This document shows positions 11,185-22,019 of a DNA stretch of 64,000 bases, piece after piece; within the stretch, counting starts at the first letter, position 1; each line of letters opens with the position of its first letter. This stretch comes from Azolla caroliniana. Lineage: Eukaryota; Plantae; Polypodiophyta. The DNA lies in the NCBI GenBank assembly GCA_043228905.1, contig JBHGNT010000014.1:7130001-7194000 (forward strand). Reading direction: 5' to 3'. The notes beneath the pieces were generated by a model. The model was given only the letters and a program-made list of their open reading frames with translations. It was not told where the DNA came from and searched no databases. The translations under genes were made by a program, and so were the position numbers.

Positions 11185-13528
11185 TGTTAACTCTTCGGGC
11201 CGGACAATGGCCTAACACAGGGTGTCTACGTGAGACACTTCACCAAAGGGTGTTACGGCAACCGGATTAGACTTCAACGCTTAATCCGACTTAGTTAAGT
11301 TACTTATTAGGATCGTCTTCATAACACGCGTAAGATATAACAATTAAGATAGAACAACAATTGACACAGAGATATAACAACGCTTAAGCTTTCATTAATT
11401 AACCGCTAACTATTACATTGTATTCGGGCCTTTAAATAGGTTTCCGGTCTGTATTACAAAACGGTGCCATCCGCACCTTTTCGGGATCGGTCCGGATCCA
11501 GAACGGCATACCGATTCCGGTCCGTCCGTCCACACTCATAGCTTAATTACAACCACATTCCTACTACTTAATTAGCTCTCCGTTTCCCACTCTGGACTCC
11601 TTTGCCGACCGGTAACACATGGCACGCCCGTGGGACAGTACCTTGTACGTCGAATCCACAACCGACCCTTGCTATTCTTCGTCCAAAATGTCCAGAATGC
11701 TCTGTTCGAGAGGCTCTAATGGTTCATCTGGAAGTGGTTGTTGTTGTTGTTGTTGTTGCTGCTCTGTTGTTGTCTGCTGCGGCGGGTCCGTTGGTGGTTG
11801 CTGCGGCTGCTCCTCCGTTTGTGGCTCTGACACCGGCGTCTCCGTCGTTGCTCCCTGCGTCGTGGTGGTCTCCGGTTGACTGGTTCCCGGCTGGCCCTCA
11901 GCCGACGACGGTTCCTCATCACTAAGGTTAACCGTTGTCGCTTCCTGTGCTTTTTCTTCCCGTACCCGGGACCGCTCGTAGCTTTCAAACTGGATTTGAG
12001 CGTCCAGCCTATTATCGTCCAGCTGAGCTACCCTGACCTGCGCCAGGTGTTCATCTGCCAGGACTTGGAAGTCGTCGGCCAGCTCGTCCCGTATGGCGGT
12101 GAAGTCCTCGGAAGTCAGCGTATAACAGTCATCTCCTTCCTTCCGCCGGTTTGCCACATCCGCCCGTAGCAACTGGAGTTCCGCCGCGTTTTGTGCCCAC
12201 TTTGTCCACCATTTTACGGAGCTTTCATCAATCAAGTGCTTCGTCTGATTCAGCCATGCCCGGAGGATGGACTGAATCCGGCTCGTTCCCAATTGTGATT
12301 TGGTTTCCGCCGCTTGCCGTTCCTCCTTCAGTTGTTTGATGATTTTTACGTTGTCCTCCGCCTGCGCCTTGTAATGCGTCAGTTGCCTTTGATATGTACT
12401 TTGTAATTTCTGCAATACTGTAGACGCTCTCTCTTTGTCTTCCTGCTGCTGCTTCTAGAGCTCCATCCGGACCTTCTCCGCCTCTTCCAAGCGTCTTGTA
12501 TTTTCCGCCCGTTCGTCGGCGATCGCCGTTGCGGCCCGATCAACTGCCTGTTGGAGCTCGGCCATCCGTTCTTTATGCTCTATTTCCAGCCGTTTGTAGT
12601 CCCGGTGCAGGTGCTCAAAATCATCCGTCTTTTGCTTGAGCCGTGCGTTGATCTGACGACGGGCCCGGTCCTCGCGGTCCTTCTGCTGGCGGAGCTCTTC
12701 CTTTAGCCGTTCTATCTTTGTTTCCGCCGTTTTCCGCAACTTGTCCTTTTCCTGCAGCACTTTGTCTTTCTCCTCCTTTAGCCGGTCGTACGCTTGATGG
12801 CCTTTCCGGAGGCTCTCCTCTGCCCGGCGGAGGTTTTCAGCAGTCTTCTTTAATTCGGCTTCGGCCGCCGTCTTCAATTCTTGTTCACGGCTCCTTAGCG
12901 CTTCTTGTGCGGCAAGTTCCTCTCTCAATTCCGCAAGCTCCCGAGCTTGCGCCGCATCTCTCGCCGGAACGGTTTCCGTTGTTGGGGTCTTATTCCTATG
13001 TACAAGTCGTTCCGTTTCATTATTCTGTACACTTACCGGAGTCACCGGTGATTGGATCCGTATTTTAGCCATCCCGTCGTGGTCGCCAAAAACTGTGTGA
13101 ACTCTTCGGGCAGGACAATGGCCTAACACAGGGTGTCTACGTGAGACACTTCACCAAAGGGTGTTACGGCAACCGGATTAGACTTCAACGCTTAATCCGA
13201 CTTAGTTAAGTTACTTATTAGGATCGTCTTCATAACACGCGTAAGATATAACAATTAAGACAGAACGGCAATTGACACAGAGATATAACAACGCTTAAGC
13301 TTTCATTAATTAACCGCTAACTATTACATTGTATCCGGGCCTTTAAATAGGTTTCCGGTCTGTATTACAAAACGGTGCCATCCGCACCTGTTCGGGATCG
13401 GTCCGGATCCGGAACGGCATACCGATTCCGGTCCGTCCGTCCACACTCATAGCTTAATTACAACCACATTCCTACTACTTAATTAGCTCTCTGTTTCCCA
13501 CTCTGGACTCCTTTGCCGGTTGGTAACA
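11185..13528 (-). mobile_element. 2344-bp non-autonomous LTR element (LTRs 11185-11617 and 13096-13528, 433 bp each) with tRNA primer-like sites at both inner LTR edges and no PPT
   Basis: TGTTA..TAACA termini and perfect TSD GGTGC (11180-11184/13529-13533). Excision restores the host RT peptide KGWHLHQMD. No gag/pol motifs inside. Confidence 0.95.
11672..13072 (-). CDS. Coiled-coil protein of the 2.3-kb element (467 codons including stop; one internal TAG at 12455-12457, likely CAG>TAG)
   Basis: The ATG directly follows the PBS. Track ORFs 12455-13129 and 11672-12415 are in the same frame, separated by one stop. E/K/R/Q/A/L-rich helical pattern, then a Q/T/P/E-rich acidic tail. Fills almost the whole internal region. 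Confidence 0.8.
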
Positions 13529-14976
13529 GGTGCCACCCTTTCGCCACGGCAATCGCAATTACGGTCCGCACCTTCGTCATCTTTGCCACCGTGGCAAAGG
13601 TCTCTTCGTAGTCGACGCCATGCGTCTGAGCGTATCCTTTCGCTACGAGTCGAGCTTTATAGCGGTATACGGAACCATCAGCGTTATAGTTCACCTTGTA
13701 GATCCATCTGCATCCGATCGCCTTTTTGTGTGGTGAGGTGGGAACGAGATCCTACGTCTCGTTCTTCCGTAGTGCCTGCATCTCCTCGTTCATTGCTTCG
13801 ATCCATCACGGGTCCTTCGTGGCTTCCGAAAAGGTTTCCGGCTCCCGTACTGTCGCTACCTTCATCATAAAGGCGTAATGGTACGCCATATACTCATTGT
13901 AGCCGAATCGGCTTACAGGGTTCTTTTCACTAGTGGATCGGCGGAGCTTTTCATTTGCAGAGATGAGGGCTTTCTTAGCTCTGATTGGTATATCGAAGCC
14001 ACCGAACTCACTGTCGAGTGAGTGAGTCGATTCATCGTCGTTGAAGCGATCGTCTTCATATTCCGCCATTTTTGCCTTGCCTTTGTCCATCTTCGGGCTA
14101 GGCCGTGATGTGCTTTGATCGCTCAACGGCTCTTGTGGTCTGCTCAGTCGGGTCGTGATCAGAATTTCTTCAATCATGCGCGTAGGGCGATCTTCATCCT
14201 TGATCTCTTGGTCGGCAGATTTCGGGTCGAGCGGAGTCGGAGTCGGAGTTGTCTCTGGTGCGTACCAGGATGCGGACTCGTAAAAAACGACGTCTCGACT
14301 TACTTGAGATTTTCGAGTTGAAGGGTTGTAGCACTTGTACCCCTTTTGCTCCAATGAGTATCCTACGAGGATACATTTCTCCAACTTCGGCTCAAGCTTT
14401 TGACGTTTCTCGTCGGGGATGTGCACGTACGCAATCGCTCCAAATATGCGGATGTGCGATAAGTCCGACTTCTTTCCGAAGTATTTTTCGTGTGGAGTGA
14501 CCTCGTGCACGCCGGATGTTGTGCACCGGTTCATTAGGTAGACGGCCGTATTTGCAGCTTCGGCCCAATATGACTTGGGCATATGCTTCTCGTTCATCAT
14601 GGCCCGCGCTACTTCAAGGATGTGCCGATTTTTGCGCTCGGCTACTCCGTTTTGTTGTGGAGTGTGTAGGCAAGTGAATTCTCGCTGAATTCCTTCCTTT
14701 CGGAGATACGCCATGAAATCATCCGAGAAGTACTCCTTGCTGCCATCTGATCGAAGGCATCGTACATGTCGGCCCGTGGCTTTCTCGACTTCATTCTTGA
14801 AATTTTGGAAGTGTCCGAACACTTCGCTCTTTTGCCGCATCGGGTAGATCCAAGTGTGCCTAGAGAAGTCATTGATGAAGAGCACATAATATCGGCATCC
14901 GCCGAATGTAGCCGTCTGCGCCAATCCCCATACGTCGGAATGGACTACGTTGAGTAGACCTTTGCTCACGTTCCGT

Positions 14977-15857
14977 TGTCGTGCGTTATGGCTCTGGATC
15001 GTTGCGTGAGTCGGGAGGGAACCGTTGGGGTTTTGGACTATGAGGAAATAAAATTCTAAGGCGATTAAGAATATGAAATATATTGTAAGAAAGAAAGATA
15101 TGAAAAACTCGTGAATCCCACGAGTATAGTGTATTATTGAGTACTCAAATTAAGAGAGAAAAATAGTTAGCAAACTCGTGGATCCCACGATTATATTATA
15201 TTAATCAACCCTTGTAAAATAATCAACAACCTCTATACATCTTTCTCTCTTCCTTATATAGTGTTGGAAGAGTCTAAGTTTATCACATGCAAGCATCATG
15301 CTTTTTCTGTCTTTAGTTTTCATGCACACTTCATGTGCATGATTAGCTTTCTATCTCATCTTTTCATTTAACTCGAGTGTCTATGCATGAATAACTTTTT
15401 GTACCATGCATGTCTAGAAATTTTACATGGGATAAAGTTTAGTATAACTTTAAAATTCATAATACGCTAGTATAATGATAAGGCTTAACATTATTAACAT
15501 GGAGGTGCAAGGTTCGAATCTTGCCCTATGCATGTAATATATATATTTTTATACTTTCTTCTATTTACAAATATGTCTCTTCATCCGGTGAGAGACTCTC
15601 ACCGGCCTTCTTCATCCGGCTCTTTCTGGTTCTGCTTCATCCGGTGCCTGCTAGTTTTCTTTGTCCGGTTCTTACCGGGACCTCCTTACCGATCTCTTCG
15701 TCCGTTTCTCACCGACTCTCACCGGCCTTCTTCATCCGGCTCTTGCCGGGTCTCCTTACCGGTTTCAGTCCTTTCAGTTCTCACGGGGTACTCCATGTCC
15801 TATCCGGAGAGACCAAAAATGTAATTTTTCACGTAGTGTGCGAATTACACTACGACA
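14977..15857 (-). mobile_element. Solo LTR (881 bp) with 4-bp TSD, inserted in C1 integrase
   Basis: TGTCGT..ACGACA termini, flanks CCGT/CCGC. Removing the insert plus 4 bp restores FPKERNVSKG. TATA-like CTATATAAGG on the minus strand at ~15252-15262. Confidence 0.85.
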
Positions 15858-18800
15858 CCGCTCTTTCGGGAATGGGTGTCGGTGTTGCTTGCCAAATTGG
15901 CACGCTTCGCAACACCTTCAATCTCCTTCTCTTTGAATGTCAGGAGTTCGATGACGACTCCTTTCGATTTCATTGCTTTGAGTTTGTTGAGATTGATGTG
16001 GCCGATTCGCTTGTGCCATAGCTCTATGTCGGAGTCAGCTTTCGTGTTTTTCACGAACATGGCAGATTTCATCTCGTGTGAATCGAGAATGAACATCCGG
16101 CCCTCTCTTCGTCCGTGTGCGATGAGTCGGCCCTCTTTTTTGATGAAGCAACTGCCTTGATTAAATCGAACTACAATTTGGCCGACGGAGACCAAATTCT
16201 TCGTAATGGTCGGTACATGCAAGCATTTTTAATGTAATTTTGCTTACCTTCTTTTCCGAACGGAACATTGCCAATATGCCGAATCGGGTGCGTAGAGTCG
16301 TCTCCGGTTTCGACATAGCCGGGTCGGTCCGGCTCTCGAAGTTCTCGGAACCAATCTTGATGCGATGTCATATGGTTCGAGGCACCGGAATCGACGAACC
16401 ATATGTCTTCCGGACCGGAGGCACTAGTTGAGGTAGCGGCCGACATAGAGTTTGCTCTATGTTTCATCATGAACATTCCGCCACGGTCGGAGTTGTGCGC
16501 ATACATTCCACCATGATCTTCGTAGTCGGACTTGTGCCTGTACATTTCGCCACGGTTGGAGTTGTGTGCATACATTCCGCCACGATCTTCGTAGTTGGAG
16601 TTGTGTGCGTAATTCGTGAGTTGTCGGCTTGTGGAAGCCGATTCACGCATCTTCTTTCGGCACTCTTCTTCGCGGTGGCCAAGCTTTCCACAATATCCGC
16701 ATTCGGTTGCGTTTTGACGGCTCGGGCCGAACTGGAAACTCCCCCTTCTTGCGAAGGTTCCTCGTTGGCCTCTATTTTGCGGCCGAAATTGGGAGTTGTT
16801 GTCGTAGGTTGGACCTCGTCCACCTTGTCCTTGGCCGAATCGGCCTCTCGCTCGTCCGTGTCCTCTTCCTCCATTAGAGTGCTTGTAGAGCATGTGGCCT
16901 TCCGACTCATTGCTCCTTGTACGCACGTGGTTTTCTTCGACCAATAGCATTGATTGGAGCTCGAAGAAGGAGGGAGATTTCTCCCGTGCTAGACCGGCGG
17001 TTCGCATCGCGCGGAACCGTGGTGCGAGGCCCCCGAGGCATATTTGCACCATCTCATCATCATCTATACTTACACTTATTGAGCCGAGCGAGTCGCAAAG
17101 CTCCTTGATCTTCAAGGTGTATGTCGAGATGGACATGTCTCTTTGTTGAATGTTGTTCACCTCTTGGCGGAGTTGAAGCTTCCTCGCGGTCGTGTTGGCG
17201 GCGAAAATCTTTCGTAGATTTTCCCACGCTTCCTTCGGCGTCTTGGCTTCTCGAATGTAACCGAGCATGTGGTCGTGAACACATGTCGCCAAACAATACA
17301 TCACACGGCTTGCGGCTTGCTCCCATGTCCCGTATCCGGGAGCCGCTTCGGCAGGTCGGTCTTCATGCGCTCCTTTGATGTAGCTCCAATAGCCTTGTCC
17401 GACAAGGTATTGGTGCATCTTGTACTCCCAACATGCGAAGTTGTTTTGATCCAACTTCTCAGTAGGGAGAGCGCTCCCCATTTGAGTATTCATTATGTCG
17501 ATTCTTCTTCTTCTTCTTCTCTCTTCGAATGCGAGCTATGTAGCGAAGCTACGATAGCTATGAGCCAGTTCTTGGTCGTCGGCGTAGAGCACAACACACG
17601 ATCACGATGAGGCAAATGGGCTAGATCGAGCTACCCAATCGCTCTGATACCATGTAAAGAATCAAGAGATGGATTCTTGTGAAGCGGAAGAGATGTGAGT
17701 TATGTGTGTGTGTAAGAGAGAGAGAGAGAGAGAGAGAGTGAGTGAAACACAGAGAATACGCAAGGTAAAAGTATATTAACAAAGGAGAAAGACACAACTC
17801 TATACAAGGGGGGAGGAGGGTGCTTTATGTAGTCACCCTCTCTCTTCATTAACTACAAGGCTCATGGAGCATGGGGAATGTGAAAGCTCATAAGTTATGT
17901 GTCATAGAATATAATTCTATGACTCATACTAAATGCTAGAATACAAAGTGGTGACATAATGGTGACTCTTGATCGTTGGAGTGTCTCTTCACTCTCAAGG
18001 TCAGTTCACACACTAGAGCAAGTTGAGCTTGATTCTCAACAACTAGATCCAATGTCTTAGTACTACCGAAATGTCTAGTTGTATGGGTATCATGACAATT
18101 TTGGATAATTTGAAGGCGACGGAAGCGATCGGGATCATACACGAGCTTTTTAAAGAATAATAAACCATCATGATATTCCAATTGTCGGTAGTCCATACCT
18201 AGTTGTTGAGATTGGGAACAACATGCCCGAGAGACATCAATTTGTGCTAGAATGGCTTGAGCAAAACTGTTTGTCTTCAAATTGGCACGTATGGCATCGA
18301 TAATCCGGGAATCTAGTGGAATGTGAAAAATCCGTGTTGTGTGCAAACGTGTTGGTCCCGAGATTACCTGCTTTTGATTATCAAATGTTGGATCACTAGG
18401 ACGAGGTGCAAGATATGAGTGTCGCGATAGTGCATCTCCTTTTCCGTGTTGCTTCCCCGATCGATATGTGATTTTGAAGTCAAAACGTGTGAGGAATTGG
18501 GCCCACCGAGTTTGTCGTCGATTTAGTACGCACACGTCTCGAAATAAGCAAGATTTTTGTGATCACTGAAGATGATGGACTGATGAGGAGAACCCTCTAA
18601 GAAGTTCCGCCATTGCACAAACGAATCCACGATGCCTAATAACTCCTTGTCATGTATCTCGTAGTTGATCTCCGCGGCATCAAATTTGCATGAGTGGAAA
18701 GCCACATGATGTAACTCTTCTTTATCTCCTTGTTGTGAAAGGATGCTACCGAGGGTGAATTTTGATCCGTTGGCCTCCATGATGAATGGTTTGTTTGTAT

Positions 18801-21800
18801 CCACATGAGCTAGAATAGGTGATGTAAAGGCTTTCTTAAGATGCATAAAAGCCATGTCCGCTTCATTGGACCAAAGAAATGACTCTCCCTTCTTGGTAAG
18901 ATGTATGAGAGGCAAAATAATCTTCGAGTAATCTTATATAAACTTGCGGTAGAAGTTAGCGAAGCCTGGGAAACATTGCACATCTCGTAACAAACATGGA
19001 ATTTTCCACTCTAGCACAGTTTTGACTTTAGCTGGATCCATGGAGATGCCTTTTGAGGAGATGACGTAGTCTAGAAATTCCACTTGCTTGCAGTCAAAGC
19101 TACATTTTTCTAGTTTGGCATAAAGACCATGCTCTTGGAGTCGTTTTAGTACTAATAGTACATGAGAATCATGCTCATCCAGGGTCTTCGAATAAAGGAA
19201 TAGATCATCCAGAGATAATCAAATAGATATCCAAGAGGTCTCTGAATATATCATTTGCCATGTGCTGGAAGACTGTGGGCGCATTGGTTAGACCGAACGG
19301 CATAATGGTATACTCGAAGTGCCCAAATCGGGTGCAAAAAGTCTTCTTCCATTCATCTCCCAATTAGATCCACACAAGGTTATATGCTCCTCATAAGTCG
19401 ATTTTTATGAAAAACTTGGCACCATTTACACGTTCTAAAAGACTTGATATAAGGGGAAGTGCATACGTATTCCTGATGGTGACCTTATTCAAGCCGCGGT
19501 AATCAACGCCCAGACGAAGGGATCCATCTTTCTTCTTGACAAAGAAAATGGGGGCACCGGCCGGAGATTTCGAATGACTAATAAACCCGCTTGCCAAATT
19601 CTCCTCTATGTAGGCTCGAAGGACTTCCAAGTCGGTTGGTGACAAGTTGTAAATCGGTCCCCATGATGGCTCTTTTCCTGGTTGTAAATCGATGGGAGAA
19701 TCATAGGGGCGATGATGAGGAAGGGAACCAGCTTTTACCTTGTCAAATACATCGGCATAAGGATGATATTTCGCGGGAAGTTGAACTAAGGATTCCTTCT
19801 TAATAGTGTTGGAAGGATGTACTAATATTGCAAATAGAAACATTGACTCATTGCGTCCTTCTTCACGTAATTGATGGAGCGAAATGGTCGAAACTCGATG
19901 AGTAGATTCTCGGGGTTGTCGATACTAAACTTCTCTTGTTGTCCAATCTATATTTGGATTATGTAATTCAAACCAAGGTAATCCCAGGACAATGGGATGC
20001 TCTAGACTACTAATTATATTAAATGATACCACACACACAAAGCTATCTAGGACAACCTGAATGGGTTCTGACTCTTCTACGATATTCCCAGAAGCAATGG
20101 GACGACCATCAATGACTACTACAGATGCGGGGCAAGGAAGTTTTCTTAAGGATATCTGAGAAGCTTGGGCAAAATTCCGATCCATGAAACATGAATTGCC
20201 TACAGAATCTAAAAGTGCTAAGACGTGTACTGGAGGGATACTTTTAGTACTAACCATGACTTGGGCTAAGAACACATTGCTATCTTACTTAGAGGGAATG
20301 GAACCACTAATGGGTTGCATAGATCTAGGTTTGTCCAACCAAACGGCTCCTATTTTGGCTGGACTTAGTCGTTTAACTCTTCTTCTAATTGACTAAGGAT
20401 TTCAAATTTGTTTGAGATACTTGGGTTGTCAGTACTATTAATATTATCAGAAACTCCTAAGGAAAATGACTCGGGTTTAGTACAGGCTACGATTTGATTT
20501 ACCTGTCTTCTTGGCCTATGGGGATAGTTGATTGCGATATGCCCTGGTCCACTGCAATAAAGACATAATCGATTGGCACATCATCGTTGCTTTTCTTCTT
20601 CCGATAACGGGCCACGTTGACGCATGGTGTTGATTTCCATCGGTGTCGGTAGTCCGTGGTATTTGTAATTGTCGTTCCGAACATCGTTAAAAAAGGAGGT
20701 TGTCGCATTGAACCACTTGACTGATTGGCTCTGTGAGAGATTTTGGTTCTTTGGGAAGGTTAAAAGTAAATCTTTGACGTCGTTTCGCAGGCCGTAGCGA
20801 AACTGCTCCATTAGTGCTTGATCATCCCAGGGGATATCTGAGGCGAGTAGACGGAAATCCGTTGTGTAGGTAGAGGCTAGACGATCGCCTTGACACAATC
20901 ATCGGATCTTGTTGATCGTCGTCCTTATGTTGTCGGTATCTCTAAAGCAAGCATTAAACTCGCTAATAAAGTCTTCAAAATTATTAAGCAAGGGAGATTG
21001 TTTTTTTAAAAGCGGCGCAAACCATGCCAAGGCAGAGCTGTTGAGCATTAAGCCTACTCAGAATGCATCAGTGGGGTACGTACCTAATTAAGGAATCCTC
21101 TGAATTGTGATCCTGTTTCATCGAATTTCACAGGAAGTCCAATCTTGGGCTCTTTATGAAGTCCTTGGGGCCTTGATCCCTGTTATTGCAACGCTACGAT
21201 GGTTGCTTCGAGTTGTTGTACACGTAACGCTAACTCCCCATGTCGTTGTTGCAACTCCCCATGTTGTTGCTGCATTTGTTGTTTTTCTAAAGCGATTTGT
21301 TGAAGATCCCCTAACAATCGTTGGTTTTCCTGTTCCAATGCAATGAATTTTTCTTTTAGACACTGAAACTCGAAAAAAACGGCTTGATATTCTTGGGCGC
21401 TAACAATAGCCACAATATTGGAAAAAGGGGTACGAGGATGAGGGAAATTGAAAAGAAGACCAGAGGGAGAAAATTGGTTCAAACTGTCAGGAATAGTACT
21501 AAAACCGAGAAAGAATCGGTACTAGAGAAGGGAAGTACTATTAGTACTAAGAGGACTGACTGTGTAAAACTCACGAGAGAGGGAAGAGAGAAAAGGAGAG
21601 AGAGAGAGATAGAGAGAAAAGGAGAGATATGGAGAGAGAGAGTGATGATAACACGTGATATATTATGTGAAGAGTATATACAAACTAGCTATGATGCTTA
21701 AGACTGGCGTTGAACCAATTTGGTTCGAAATTATGCCTTGTGCCTCCTTTTATAGTGTTCTCAGGAGTAGTCCTGAAGCTTCGGGAATGTTCCAGAGAAT

Positions 21801-21868
21801 TCTGGAATATACATTAATTTTCTATAGTAAGACTTATATGAAAATAATATCCTATATATTATAATAGA

Positions 21869-21923
21869 TAGTATAATGGTCAAGAGCTCGACCCATATAA
21901 CATAAGGACATGGGTTCGAGTCT
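21869..21923 (+). promoter_or_regulatory. tRNA-type Pol III A box/B box pair, antisense in LTR U3 (also 8007-8061, 15468-15521, 39650-39704, 44936-44990, and minus strand in the LTRs at 7241, 52045 and 63446)
   Basis: TAGTATAATGG followed 44 nt later (start to start) by GGTTCGAGTCT. Confidence 0.65.
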
Positions 21924-22019
21924 TGCTATATCATGACACGTTTAGTACATTCATGACAGAGACAAAGAGTGTCGTACCTGTCATGATCTGTAAGATGAAT
22001 TAAACGTCAAGGTTCTGAC

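Larger units (their letters stand above)
9927..17493 (-). pseudogene. Gag-Pol of Copia C1, interrupted by two nested insertions and several stops/frameshifts
   Basis: Gag with CGYCGKLGHREEEC, protease WFVDSGASNHM, LWHKRIGH, integrase HSDVWG..QQNGVAERKNR, RT ILYVDDLV, RNase H YTDADWAG..KHIEVHYHFIRE. Confidence 0.93.
9289..18041 (-). mobile_element. Ty1/Copia element C1 inserted in the integrase of A; 3' LTR 9289-9665, 5' LTR 17653-18041
   Basis: Perfect TSD ACTAG (9284-9288/18042-18046), PBS TGGTATCAGAGC (tRNA-iMet type) at 17641-17652, PPT GAGGGGGCG. Removing the element restores the host peptide KTLDLVQRSFWWPH. Confidence 0.96.
7652..21938 (-). mobile_element. Gypsy chromovirus A (Tcn1-like), degenerate full-length; 3' LTR 7652-8076, 5' LTR 21485-21938
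   Basis: Paired LTRs with TG..CA ends, TSD CGTCT/CGTTT, PPT AAGGGGGGATAG next to 8076. Domain order gag (~21400-20367), protease LLDSVGNSCFM, RT, RNase H, integrase (split by C1), chromodomain YEVVAILDSK..LYYLVDW. Confidence 0.93.

Noticed and set aside
11619-11879. Cys-rich 86-aa ORF (CCCCCCCC) suggesting a metallothionein-like peptide
   Set aside because: It is the antisense shadow of the poly-Gln (CAA/CAG) tract of the coiled-coil ORF.
7236-21963. TSD for the interrupted LTR 7241-7651/21944-21958
   Set aside because: Flanks GCCAT and GAGAC do not match, so it cannot be called a clean solo LTR.
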